A DNA stretch of 64,000 bases from a virus. A program made the position numbers and the translations under genes. The DNA lies in IMG/VR virus record IMGVR_UViG_3300023116_000035, positions 6,303-70,302 of that record. One strand, given 5' to 3'. Below are positions 40,612 through 51,910 of this stretch, one piece after another (within the stretch, counting starts at the first letter, position 1; each line of letters opens with the position of its first letter). The notes beneath the pieces are model-generated. The model made no database searches. It worked only from the letters and a program-made list of their open reading frames with translations, and was not told the DNA's origin.

Positions 40612-42486
40612 ATGGGTCTTGATAATATTCCACAGATTTATCCTTGTCAGAAACAAGGCTTCGTTGAAGATGGTGAACAAATTAATTGTTCAGTTCTTCA
40701 GGAAAATGGGCAATGTCCTTGGAAGAATGAGTTTGAATCTTCTTTGACTAAAGAAGGTGGTGGTTCTCCTACTTACGGAATGTTTGGTACTGATTGTTGG
40801 TATCGTGGTAAGTGGGGTAATTATTTGATTGAAGAACTTTTGTCTTGTGATAGTAGTGTCGAAGAACCTCCTGTTACTCTTTATGGCACTGGTATTCATG
40901 GTGAAGAAATTCTTTCTTCTGAAGATTCGACTCGTCTTGCTAATTGGGTTCTTGATCATTCTGATGATTTTGAAAGAATGATTAGCGCCAGAACTGAGAT
41001 GCAATCTGATATGCCTGATTGGTTTTATCTTGCTTGGTGGTTGAAGTTTACTGCTGAGTTTTCTGATGGCTCTATTCCCTGGTACTGATTGGAGATAATT
41101 ATGAGTGAAGAGTATTTGGTTGAACAAGCAGTTAAGTGTTTGAAGCGACCTGATGATTTTGGTTGGTTTGGTGATGACGATATGTTTGTCACTTGGTCTT
41201 TTGCTGGAATCAATGTTGCTATTAATACTGGTGATGTTTTGCAGGAGTCAAACTTTTATGTTATCAGTAAGGATCTGATGGAACGTTTTCCTGATGATTT
41301 TGATATTGTTGGTGTGAAGCATTGGGCTGTTGGTTCTATGGATCAATTGCGTGTTCGTGTTTTGAAGAATGAAGGCAAGGTCGAATATGATAATTTGACT
41401 GAGGCTTTTCATGCTTTGATGGAATGGCATGATGCTTTGGAAAGTTATCCTGTTGCTGATGAGTTTGATTTATCTGAGCGTGAGCTTGAAGCAGAAATTA
41501 AAGATCTTGCTTGGAGATTGCAATATACTGAGCCTTTGAAGTATGTCATTCATGTTGATGGTGATTATGAAGAACTTGCTGGCGATTTGATTTATCAAAT
41601 TAATCAGCATGATTATTGTTCTTATCATGAACCTGCTTCTGACGAGCAACTGTTGGAGGCAGCTTTTGAACTTGATCTTTGCAAATTCGATGAAGTCGAA
41701 TTCTGGAATGATTGGGCTGAGTTGAATAATAAACAGATTGTTTGGAATCATTACACAAATCTTGGTGGTTCCCGTAAGGAAGTGCCAGGTCAATTGAAAT
41801 TGGAGTTGTCATGAGTATTAGTGCTGGTCAGAGAATTAAGTATTTTTGTGATACTTTGCGTAAGATGGGTTACAAAGATGACCTTGATGATGTTCGTGAA
41901 GTGAAGCGTTTTATGGCTATGAATAGTAGCCATAGGCTTTATCCTAAAGCAGTGCTTCATTGGAATGAGATTATCAATGGTCGCTACATTTATAAGGAAA
42001 AGCCTGGAGATAGATTGCGTTCTGCTTCTGCTTTGTATTCAAGTGTTCATGAAGGGAAAAGGTGATAGATATGAATTACTGGCCTGAGAGATTAGTTGAA
42101 AATGATTATGAAGAAGGTGACCAGTGGGATTGGGATAAGAATGATGATTCTCAATACTGTAAACATGGTAAGTTTATTGGGTCTTGGTGGGGACCAGACA
42201 TTTTGTGTTATCTATGCGAAAGCGAGTAGGAAATGAATAATTTTAGATTGACCGACAAAGAGTTAGAAGCTCTTTGTAACAATTTGAACAGGATGTTTGC
42301 TGCATATAGTCGTGGTAAATATCCTTTTGACAAACTGACCGAAACTGAAATTCCAGTTGTGCATCAGGAGATGCATTTGTTGTTTCGGATTCGTGATGAC
42401 ATCGAAGAGTACTTCGATGATTTAGAAAGAAAAGCTGAAGATGAAATGTTAACCGACAATATTGAACTAGGAATGGAGTAATTAAA

Positions 42487-43140
42487 ATGCCTAATTGGTG
42501 TGTGAATACAACAAATGTTTTCGGCAAGATCGAAAACGTGAAAGCTTTTGAGGATGCGATTGCTGATCGTGGTGAAAATGATGGGTTTATTGCTCATCTC
42601 TATCCTTGTCCTGAAGAGTTGAAAAACAACCCTGCTACTTTTATGGATTTGGAAAATCCTGTTCATCCAAATTGGGTAAATCTTGTTGCTGATGGTACTT
42701 GGACTCAAGAAGAATATGATAAGCGTGCTGCTGAAGCAATTGCTAGTGCTGAGGTTTCTAAGAAGAATCTTGAAAAGTATGGTTTCAAGGATTGGTATGA
42801 TTGGTGCATTAACAATTGGGGTACTAAGTGGGGTGATTGTGATTTGTATATTGATGATGGATACAAATACAGTGATGATACAGCCACTTTGGAATTGAGG
42901 TATGATACTGCTTGGGGTCCTGCTTTGGATGCGTTGAATCATATTTCAACTATGTTCCCTAAACTTATTTTCTATACTTTCTATCGTGAAGATGGTATGG
43001 GTTTTATGGGTTATCACAAAGTTCGTAATGGTGAAGTTTTGATGGATGATGCGGGTGAAATTATTTTCACTGCTGATGACTATGGTTTTCTCATTGATGG
43101 TGAGGATGAGCAAGAGATTGCAGGTTTGATTAACGAATGA
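42487..43140 (+). CDS. Api92/YubB ferredoxin-like domain protein
   Basis: 'MPNWC.N', 'WYDWCINNWGTKW', 'YDTAWGP'. Confidence 0.7.
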   Translation: MPNWCVNTTNVFGKIENVKAFEDAIADRGENDGFIAHLYPCPEELKNNPATFMDLENPVHPNWVNLVADGTWTQEEYDKRAAEAIASAEVSKKNLEKYGFKDWYDWCINNWGTKWGDCDLYIDDGYKYSDDTATLELRYDTAWGPALDALNHISTMFPKLIFYTFYREDGMGFMGYHKVRNGEVLMDDAGEIIFTADDYGFLIDGEDEQEIAGLINE

Positions 43141-43467
43141 GTGACGAAGACTTTTATGAATATATTGAAAGAACTAAAGAATCAGCACCAGACGGTGTTT
43201 TTGATGCTAGTGACTATGTGAATAGTATTGAGAAAGTTATTCACATGCTTGATAGTATTGATTATATTGATTCTGATGAGGGCAGAATGCTTGGCATGAT
43301 GGGTTTGGTTTCTATGATGACAGAAAGCGAACTTGATGCTGTTGCTGTTGGTTATGTTTTTATAACTCTGCTATCTAGTCTTGACGATTTGGTTGATGGT
43401 TCGTATCAATCTTTTGTCATGTCTATGAAGAATGATGTTGTACCTGTTTTGAAGGAGAGTCAATCAA

Positions 43468-43764
43468 GTGTCCCCTACTGGCGATGATTTGAAATGGTTG
43501 AAAGATGGTCTTTGCAGAAGTCATGAGACTAGTGCTTTCTTTCCAGAAACTGGTGACAACAACGCATCTAAGAGAGCAAGAACTATTTGCAAAGGTTGTC
43601 CAGTTCAAATTGAATGTTTAACTTACGCCTTGAAAGAACGTGAAGTCTTTGGTGTTTGGGGTGGTTGTACACCTCGTCAAAGAACAAAGATTAGGCGTTC
43701 GATTGGTGTGAAGAATATTTCTATTACTACTGTAAAGGAGTTTTTAATTGCTAAGCAAATATAA
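43468..43764 (+). CDS. whiB: WhiB-family transcription factor (second copy)
   Basis: 'W...GLC.....FFP......A..ICKGCPVQIECL.YAL...VFGVWGG.T..QR'. Confidence 0.9.
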   Translation: MSPTGDDLKWLKDGLCRSHETSAFFPETGDNNASKRARTICKGCPVQIECLTYALKEREVFGVWGGCTPRQRTKIRRSIGVKNISITTVKEFLIAKQI

Positions 43765-44596
43765 AATTGTGCTTACGAAGGAGATGACTTTAGAACTTTC
43801 ATCCGAAATTGAAGCAAAGCAAATTACTGACATTATTGCTGATAGAGAAACTATAAATAGTTTCATCGGCAACAATGCTGTAATTACTTGTGATTACAAG
43901 TTGGTCGAAAATGTCTGAGTGGTCATCAGAAGGACTCAACTTTGATGCAAAGGTTCACATAAAGGATCTTTCAAAGTTTGGTGTTCAGAAAATCATTGAT
44001 GATAGTTCATCTTTAGATGAAGAAACTGAGGAGGAAGATAGCGATGAGTAAGTCTGCATCATTTATGCAGAAGTATTGGTTCGCTAGAGGATTCTACGAT
44101 AGGCTCGCTTTTTCTGCTAAGGATGTGCCATCGATTGAGGTGGTCGAATATGCGGAAGAAGTGACTGGAGTTAATATCTTAAAAGAATATGAGGCTGGCT
44201 ATGACCAGGCAGAAAAGGATAGGGTAAATAGTGTCATCTGAAGAATTATCATGTGCTCAGCGTATTGATGATCAATTAGCAGGCAGAGAAGAATCGCTAC
44301 AGAATATCTTTAAAGATACGGATAGTGATGATTATGAAGAGAATGAAAATGGCTGGGAAGCATTGCATGAGTATGCTCTTGGTTATGAAAAGAAAGATAT
44401 GTTGAAGATTGAACTATCAACTGGTGGACCAGGTGATTGGTTGGAGTGCTATCTTTCTGATAACAAAGTGTACAGAGTTGAGTATCATTTTAATGATTGG
44501 TTTGATCATGCTCAAACAGTCGTTGATGAGGATTCGTATGTGTTTAGATATGCAGAATATATTGTTGAAGGAATATACTTTAACTGAAAGTAGGTA

Positions 44597-45487
44597 ATGA
44601 AAATGGAAGAAATGCAAACTACTGAACAGTATGTTCAGGCAAATACAGATACAGATACAAGTGAGGTAATTATTGTGGACAACACAACAAACTATCCTGT
44701 CGAGAAGCCTAATCCTTTGGATGTGTTGATAAAAACATTCGGTGATTTGCTTCTTGAAAATGACGATTTCAATTACAATATTGTTCGCTCTAGTGCTGAG
44801 CGTGTGACTGATACATTCGATATTGATGATCATCTTGATATGGATGATTTAGCGGAAAAGGTTACTTACTCAATGAGTATTAGTGACCTTGCTGAATCAG
44901 TCGTTGAGGAAATGGATATGGGTAATTTGGCAGATAATGTTCTAGAGAGCATTGACTATTCAGATCTTGCTAGCGACCTTACTGATCATATCGATTTTGC
45001 ATATGAGGTTGATAGGCATGTTGATGTTGCAGATAAGGCTTATGATCTTTTGTCTGATTACAATCCTAGCAATACTTGCAGTCTTGGTGATCAGTTTACT
45101 CAAGCAATTGCTAGAGCTTTGGGATACATGATGGAGAACGAAGATAACGAGAATTATGAAGTAATCAAGTTCCTCATGAATCGCAATGCTATCGTTATGG
45201 AACGAGTAGTCGATAGTGACAAGAATGTTGTTGAAGAAAATATTGTTGCGGCTGAAGGTGAAGTTTTCCGTAATGATGATGCTAATTTGACTGACGCTGA
45301 AAACTTTGTGCCTTCAGAAATTCCTGCAACTAATGTTCAGGAACATGCTATTGAAGCAATGAAGCGTGTTGTTCATGAAGTTCTTGCTTCTTATGTTCCT
45401 ACTTATGCTGATGATCCTTACATGAAGATTCGTTTGGAAGCGAAAGCTTTTGATACCTTTACCGATTACATGAATGGAAAGTGGTGA
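44597..45487 (+). CDS. Highly acidic protein with ~12-aa tandem repeats
   Basis: 'DMDDLAEKV/SISDLAESV/DMGNLADNV/DYSDLASDL'. Confidence 0.7.
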   Translation: MKMEEMQTTEQYVQANTDTDTSEVIIVDNTTNYPVEKPNPLDVLIKTFGDLLLENDDFNYNIVRSSAERVTDTFDIDDHLDMDDLAEKVTYSMSISDLAESVVEEMDMGNLADNVLESIDYSDLASDLTDHIDFAYEVDRHVDVADKAYDLLSDYNPSNTCSLGDQFTQAIARALGYMMENEDNENYEVIKFLMNRNAIVMERVVDSDKNVVEENIVAAEGEVFRNDDANLTDAENFVPSEIPATNVQEHAIEAMKRVVHEVLASYVPTYADDPYMKIRLEAKAFDTFTDYMNGKW

Positions 45488-45488
45488 T

Positions 45489-47141
45489 ATGGGAAAGTAT
45501 ATTCGTATTAGCAATACAGCGGAGAATGGTGTCATTGTTCCCCGGATTGCTTTAGAAAAACTTGGTCTTTCAACTAAGCGTGATAGTTCTGAAACCATTG
45601 GTCGCTTTGGTTCTGGAATTAAGTTTGCTCCTATTGCAGCTTTGCGTAATGGTTGGGAGTGGTGGTTTGTTGGTAATGACAACAATGGACCTTACTACAT
45701 GCAATACATTGTTCGGAAAGAAGACGGTGTTGATTGCATTTGGTATGACTATGGTGATGATGTAAAACCTTCATCTTTCACTCTTGGTGCTGGTGAACTT
45801 TCTTGGACTGATGCTTTTCAGATTATTCGTGAGCCTATTGCGAATGCTATGGATGGCGTTAAAGAGTTTGGTGGTGAATGGTCAATTGATATTGTTGATG
45901 AGATAGGCTCTGCTGTTTCAGATTGCTTTGAAGTTTATATTACGGCTTCTCCTGAACTGATTAGCATTCTTGACAATATCGATCTTTACTTTTCTCACAA
46001 CAGAAAGGTTCTTGCTTACTCAGGATATCGAGATATTCTCGAGAAAAAAGATCAAACAATGCGAGTCTTTTCGCAGAATGTTTTGGTTTATCAAGATTCA
46101 GAAATTCAATCAATGTTTGATTATGAATTTGGTGTGATTGAACTGAATGAAGAAAGGACTATCAAGTCTGAGTGGGATTTGTGTTGGGCTATTTCTTCTA
46201 CAATCAGAAGTGTCACTGATCAGGAATTGATGTCTAGAATTTTGAGTCAGGCTTTGAATCAGACACCGTATTTTGAGTTTGAAAAGATTTCTTCTTCTAA
46301 TTATACTGGTATGGGTTTTGATGGTGATTGGGTTGAAACTTTTACCAACATTTATGGCTCTAATGCTGTTATTTATCCTAACAATGCAATGTCTGATTCT
46401 ATCAAACAATCTTTGAGATTGCGTGGTAGTGTACCTGTCTTTGTTGAAAATGAAGGTGCTTACGGTTTCCTTTGTGCTACTGGTATTCCCAATTATATGA
46501 CTAGTTTGGGTGAAGAATTTGAGTATGATATCGAAGATGATATCAGTTACTATGGTGAACTTGTTCGTGCAATTTCATTTGTAAAAGCTGCTATTCCTGA
46601 TGCATCAGAATTGCTAGACCATTGTGGTGTGTTGAAAGGTGAAGCTTCGCTTCAATGCAAAGGTTTGACTATTAACAAAGACAATCCGGACAAGGTTAAA
46701 ATCCTAGTTTCGGAAGATCATTTGAACAGCGGTTCTGTTTCAGATATTGTTGCTACTTTGGTTCATGAATACGATCATGCCTCTACTGGCATTGGTGATG
46801 GTTATTCTAGTGAAGGAAAGCAATTCCGTGATTTGGCAGATAAGCGTATCGGTCAAATGATTGTGAAACATTACAAGCCGAATCCATTTTTCATTGAAGA
46901 TGGCGTGGTATGCTTTAAGGTGTCAGATATGGCAATCGTTGGTGGTGAACTTGTTGCTATCACCGAACATGTTCGTATGCTTGACTGTTTCCTAATGAAA
47001 ATCGGCAACTTTGTATTCAAAGCTTTTGGTGATGAGATCGAGGAGAACTTTGGTCATGAGCATCAACCTCATTTCTGTCAGGGTGCTACTGTTGTTTCTT
47101 ATCCAACATTCATCAATGTTGAAAGGATTGAGATTGTATAG
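45489..47141 (+). CDS. GHKL-ATPase-like protein with C-terminal HExxH motif
   Basis: 'GLSTKR...IGRFGSGIK', 'REPIANAMD', 'TLVHEYDH'. Confidence 0.65.
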   Translation: MGKYIRISNTAENGVIVPRIALEKLGLSTKRDSSETIGRFGSGIKFAPIAALRNGWEWWFVGNDNNGPYYMQYIVRKEDGVDCIWYDYGDDVKPSSFTLGAGELSWTDAFQIIREPIANAMDGVKEFGGEWSIDIVDEIGSAVSDCFEVYITASPELISILDNIDLYFSHNRKVLAYSGYRDILEKKDQTMRVFSQNVLVYQDSEIQSMFDYEFGVIELNEERTIKSEWDLCWAISSTIRSVTDQELMSRILSQALNQTPYFEFEKISSSNYTGMGFDGDWVETFTNIYGSNAVIYPNNAMSDSIKQSLRLRGSVPVFVENEGAYGFLCATGIPNYMTSLGEEFEYDIEDDISYYGELVRAISFVKAAIPDASELLDHCGVLKGEASLQCKGLTINKDNPDKVKILVSEDHLNSGSVSDIVATLVHEYDHASTGIGDGYSSEGKQFRDLADKRIGQMIVKHYKPNPFFIEDGVVCFKVSDMAIVGGELVAITEHVRMLDCFLMKIGNFVFKAFGDEIEENFGHEHQPHFCQGATVVSYPTFINVERIEIV

Positions 47142-47556
47142 ACTTATCTATCTAGCAGGTTTTGCTGCTGTGGCTACTGTTGCTATTGCGGCTATACCTT
47201 TGTTGATATTTCTTCTTGCAATGTATGGCTTGGTCATGTTGATTTCGGTGCTTGTCTAATGCCTAAACATAAGAAGTATTTTGTTGTTGAGTTTCGTCTA
47301 CCTTTTGAGGTTCAGGATGTAGATGCAATTCAGATTGCTGTTAATCGGGCTAAGGTTATGTGTGAGAACATGTTTGACTTTATTCCTGAGAATTGGTATG
47401 CCAGGATTTTTGAGTATGAGACAGACAATGAGGTTTCTGGTCCTGTCAAAGAATACTTTTACAATCCGAACTCTGCTTCTTTTCGTGAAATAGAAAAGAA
47501 CATTGGATACCATAATGATTTAGTTAAGAAAGGATTAGATCCAACTAAGGATTTAG

Positions 47557-47832
47557 ATGATGAGAGTTGAGACAAGAATTGTTGATATTGATTCGTCACA
47601 TATTTCAAGACTGGAATATGTCTGGCATAGTGACGATGATTGGGCGTTGAATAATTGTGGACATGTTCGTGCAACATTTCAGAACGGTATCAGGTACATT
47701 TATGAAGAAGTTCCTTTTATTGTTTTGATGAATGTTGTGGCTAGCGAATCTGTAGGTCAAGCTTTTAACACTTTGATTAAGGGTGCTAATTATTCTTATT
47801 ACAAAGAGGGTGAATCTGTAGATGGGAAATAA
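47557..47832 (+). CDS. KTSC-domain protein
   Basis: 'SSHISRLEY...FQNG.RY.Y..VP......SESVGQAFN..IK'. Confidence 0.75.
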   Translation: MMRVETRIVDIDSSHISRLEYVWHSDDDWALNNCGHVRATFQNGIRYIYEEVPFIVLMNVVASESVGQAFNTLIKGANYSYYKEGESVDGK

Positions 47833-48253
47833 GTCAGCAACTTGCGCTGGCTGTCTGCAAAAGTTTGATTATAATTTGCTCGTCAATTATCGAAAAAAGA
47901 AATGGTGTAGTAGTAGTCAGTGCAAGGATGTAATTGACAATAAGGTTAAGCATTTCAATTACAAGAAGAAGATTAAAAAGATTGAGAGAGGAACTTATCG
48001 CAACGGTGTTTCTTTGGAAACTAGGCGTGAGATATTAGAAAGGGATAGATATACTTGTGCGCTCTGTGTCGAAGTTGATGATGGAGAGTTTAGTAAGATG
48101 CAGATTCATCATATCACGCCAGTTTCAGAAGGCGGTAATGATGACAAATCCAATCTGATTACTCTGTGTTTTAATTGTCACAAAGATTTGCATAGTTCAG
48201 GATGGGAGCAATATGTCGAAGTATTACAAAAAAGCCTTAAGAATATGGCGTAA
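47822..48253 (+). CDS. HNH endonuclease
   Basis: 'ILERDRYTCALC...IHHITPVSEGG.....NLITLCFNCH'. Confidence 0.88.
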   Translation: MGNKSATCAGCLQKFDYNLLVNYRKKKWCSSSQCKDVIDNKVKHFNYKKKIKKIERGTYRNGVSLETRREILERDRYTCALCVEVDDGEFSKMQIHHITPVSEGGNDDKSNLITLCFNCHKDLHSSGWEQYVEVLQKSLKNMA

Positions 48254-49078
48254 AAAAGAAAAGCCGGAAGATGTTCTGCCTTTCATTAAGAATTGGGTGG
48301 ACAGTCTAGAAAGAGAAATGAGAAGAAGTGGGAAAGACTCTGAGTTCATTAGCGAGTTGCTTGAAGCAGCCTATGTTTATTATGGTGAAACCTTCACAGA
48401 AGAAGAAAAGTCGGATGCGTTCATCTACCTCTTAGGTTTGCTGCATAGGAATGTGAAATGAAAGAGGTCTTGTGAAAGCAAAATCACCACCTAGATGGGT
48501 TAAATTAGAGATGCTTGACTTACAACATCAAGGGGTCAACCTTTATGATTGGGAATCAGTGAAGGAGTTCTTGGAGGGACAAAATCGCTTTACTATGCTA
48601 GAATGGGTTAAGGATCACAGGCAGCTATTTAACTATTCTGTTTTGTCCAAAAACTACAAGGCTTTGTGATGAACGAAGATACGCAAAAGGTTTTATATAC
48701 AGATGTGATGCTGGAACTTCTTTCTGCGTATCTTTTTTCTGATGAAGAGGGTGGGAAAGATCTCACTATTGAACTTATGGAATCTGTAAGGAAAGATGAA
48801 GTCCTTGCTGGTAAGGGTTTGATGGAAGGGTTGGTTTTCTCTTCTGTAATACATCTTGCTCTTATGATTACCCTTTTTGGTTTAGTAACTGGTCGTAGTA
48901 GAAAGGACGTTTTGCAGTTGTACGCTATGTCATATCAGATGACTAGAGATTCGGTTTCAGAAATGCCGCAAGTACACCCTGAGATAGTTAATAAATTAGT
49001 CGAAGAACTAGACGGCTTGCTTTAGATTGCAGACTAAGAGTCTGTAAGTTTTTATTCTCACAAAGGAGGTAACTTGCT

Positions 49079-49681
49079 ATGAGAATTATTGTATTATTTA
49101 TTATGGCGGTAGCGTCATTATCTTTTTCTATTGGAAAGGACGTAGGTGAATCACAAAGTAAAAGCGAACAAGAAATGGTGGTCAGCACTGCTGCTGTTTC
49201 TTCTGGTTATGTAGGAAATCCTTTTATAATTGAAGACTTGTCTGCTGATATGCATGATAGTGAAACTATTATTCCTGCATATCCTGATTTGCCTATCGGT
49301 GTCACTTATGAGACAACAACGACAAGTACAACGACAACTACTACCACTATTCCTTTACCTGATGGTAGTTGTTCTGAATGGTATCCTATTGCACTTGAGG
49401 CTGGTTGGTCAATTGATCAGTTACAGAAACTTGGTCGTATCATGTGGAGAGAAAGTAATTGTCTTCATGACATTGCAAACAAGACTTATTCTTATGGCTT
49501 AACTCAAATTGAGTGGTCTGCTCATAAAGGATGGCTTGAGTCTGAGTTTAATATTACTGTAAGAGAGGATTTGTATGATCCGTATACAAATTTGTTGGTA
49601 GCGAAATGGTTGTTTGACTATGCAAAAGATTCTTATGGTTGCGGCTGGCAACCTTGGTATATGAGTGGAGATTGGTGTTAA
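49079..49681 (+). CDS. Secreted lytic transglycosylase (SLT/lysozyme-like)
   Basis: Signal peptide, Thr-rich linker, 'IMWRESNC', 'SYGLTQI', 'LYDPYTNL', 'GWQPW'. Confidence 0.75.
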   Translation: MRIIVLFIMAVASLSFSIGKDVGESQSKSEQEMVVSTAAVSSGYVGNPFIIEDLSADMHDSETIIPAYPDLPIGVTYETTTTSTTTTTTTIPLPDGSCSEWYPIALEAGWSIDQLQKLGRIMWRESNCLHDIANKTYSYGLTQIEWSAHKGWLESEFNITVREDLYDPYTNLLVAKWLFDYAKDSYGCGWQPWYMSGDWC

Positions 49682-50956
49682 TGAAACTGTCAGAGTATTA
49701 TTTGAATGAAGACTATCCTGGAGTTGTGTTTGAATGTCTGGGGCATCCTCTTGAAGTAACTATCAATCATCATGGTGATGTAATTAGAGAGGAAGAAGAT
49801 ACTGAACAGGCTATTATTCGTATGGTCGGTGATAGTCAAGAATTTGTTTATTACATTGATGATTTGATTCCGTATGAAGGGAAGGTGTGTAGTTGTGGTC
49901 AGGAAGGATGTGGTCATGCTTTCTGAGATTGTGCATTGGAGTCTTGCTCTGACCGGTGTTGCTGGTATTTTTTATATTCGTTTTAGAAAGTGAGAGATAT
50001 GAATTGGGTTAAGTTGATTGCTGTTGTTGCAACAATTCTGTTGCTTGGTATTCCTGCTTATAAGATTACGAGAGGTGATTGGGAAAGATGGTAAAGAAAG
50101 ATCCGGTATGTCCTCGTTGTTTGGGTTTTATTCCAAACAATCAAACTCCAGGTGCCTATATGGGTGCTCTTAGTAGAACAGATAATAAGACAGAGATTTG
50201 TTCTGATTGTGGTACAGAAGAAGCGATGCAAGATTTTATTGATGGATTTTGCACTAAACAGAAAGATTGGATGATTAATCGTGAATATTCAAACTAAAGC
50301 AAGATGTGTCGAATGTGGTCGTGTCTTTGATCTTTTAGATGAAGATGACGCTCAGGAATGGTATTGCGGTCATGACTGTGAATCCTGAAATTAATTCTGA
50401 TGATTCCAATATTGGGATTGTTGCTGAATTTGATGACGGCGGTTTCTTGAATTACATCTTCAGTGATGAAGGTATGATTATTGATCATTATGATGAGAGT
50501 GGTGAGTTGATTATGACTGCTGCTATGACTTACTATGAGTGGTGCGATTGGATGCACGCTACGTATGGAGATTGAGATGACTGATTTGCAATATCCTATA
50601 TGGGCTATCAAGCGTAGAGATGATGAAAAGGAATCTCCTGTAAACAAGCATGGTCATCCTGGTTTTAATCATGCTTTGTGGTATTGGTGGAGAGTCAAAG
50701 TTGGTGGTAATGTTTATCAACAATTGACTTGGGAAGCGGCTATGAATCGTATTGAGTTTCACAATCAGGATGTGTACAACAAAAATTCTTATCGTCATGA
50801 TCCTTTTTGGGATATCCATTGGGAGAGGCTTTCTGAAGATACATGGCGTATTTTGAAGTCAAAGGGTGGTAATCGTATTGCTATTGCTACTCTTGTGAAG
50901 ACTCAAAAGATTAAAGATCCTGAATCAACTTATCGTTGGTATAGGAGTTAAGTTCG

Positions 50957-51184
50957 CCAGTATCTAATAGCATGGTGATTAGGGAGATCCTAATACGACC
51001 TTTGGTGTTGTTGGTTCATGAAACACTATTAGATATTGGTTAAAATCGGGGTCTATCCTTGTAACGGATAGGCTTAAAAGAAGCGAAGTAGTTATATTTT
51101 GAGAAGTGTGGAGATGCTTAGGAATTGTAGCCGAAGGTCTATGAAGCACGGAATGAATATGATGAAAGATAGCCGAACCCGATT
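50957..51184 (+). ncRNA. Two candidate structured RNAs upstream of tRNA
   Basis: Closing stems CCAGTATCTAATAG/CTATTAGATATTGG (50957-51039) and AATCGGG/CCCGATT (51044-51184); no ORF. Confidence 0.45.
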
Positions 51185-51186
51185 AT

Positions 51187-51259
51187 GCCCTTATAGCTCA
51201 ATGGATAGAGCAAATGACTTCTAATCATTAGGTTGTAGGTTCGAGTCCTACTAAGGGCG
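51187..51259 (+). tRNA. tRNA-Arg(TCT)
   Basis: Acceptor GCCCTTA/TAAGGGC, D-arm GCTC/GAGC, anticodon arm AATGA-CTTCTAA-TCATT, GGTTCGAGTCC T-loop; CCA not encoded. Confidence 0.95.
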
Positions 51260-51261
51260 CT

Positions 51262-51450
51262 GGGAAATATAAACATTATTGCTGCTGTGACGGACATTAC
51301 ATCGGCGTTTATGTTTCCCTTATTTTTGAGTAGGCTAAGCGCATTTTCCTTTCTGATGCGTTAAGGGAAACCTGTACAAGTTGATTGTTTGTTGGGCAAT
51401 CACCTGTGTATCAAAGGCTTTGTCTAAGCTAAAGGTTTTCTGCCTACTCA
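51262..51450 (+). ncRNA. Two candidate structured RNAs downstream of tRNA
   Basis: GGGAAATATAAAC/GTTTATGTTTCCC (51262-51319); TGAGTAGGC/GCCTACTCA enclosing a multibranch fold (51327-51450). Confidence 0.5.
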
Positions 51451-51493
51451 TTTTCTTTATCAATTATAAACTATATCAACTTAGGAGGTTGGT

Positions 51494-51910
51494 GTGAATA
51501 CACAAAGAATGATGATACTTGCAGATTTGCTTGACTCATTACCTGAAGAAAAATTTGAACTTGCCTATTGGGTAAATGATAGACGACAGGAGGGAGAAAC
51601 ACCTGATTATGTTGATCTTTCAGTTTATGATTGCAATACGACTGCATGTATTGCTGGATGGGCTGTTGCTTTGAAAAATGATTTAGCCGTAGATAATTTG
51701 TATTGTGGTGATGTAGAAGTCCAAGCGGGTGATTATCTTGGTTTAAATCGTCAGGAAATGCAACGTCTTTTTTTTTATGGTTTAGACACCATCTGGAGCG
51801 ACCATGCTCATGAATTAGGATGTGAATCTCCTTACGATTATACAGTAACAAATAAAATGGCAGCTAAGGCTGTCCGTAACATTGCACAAGGAAAGTGGGA
51901 ATTGGTATGA
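51494..51910 (+). CDS. Hypothetical protein, paralogue of next gene
   Basis: 'CNTTACIAGWAVALKND', 'KMAAKAVRNIA.GKW'. Confidence 0.7.
   Translation: MNTQRMMILADLLDSLPEEKFELAYWVNDRRQEGETPDYVDLSVYDCNTTACIAGWAVALKNDLAVDNLYCGDVEVQAGDYLGLNRQEMQRLFFYGLDTIWSDHAHELGCESPYDYTVTNKMAAKAVRNIAQGKWELV

Noticed and set aside
51044-51184. RNase P RNA or tmRNA
   Set aside because: Only a vague 'GAACCCG' resemblance; too short and lacks the conserved regions or tRNA-like ends
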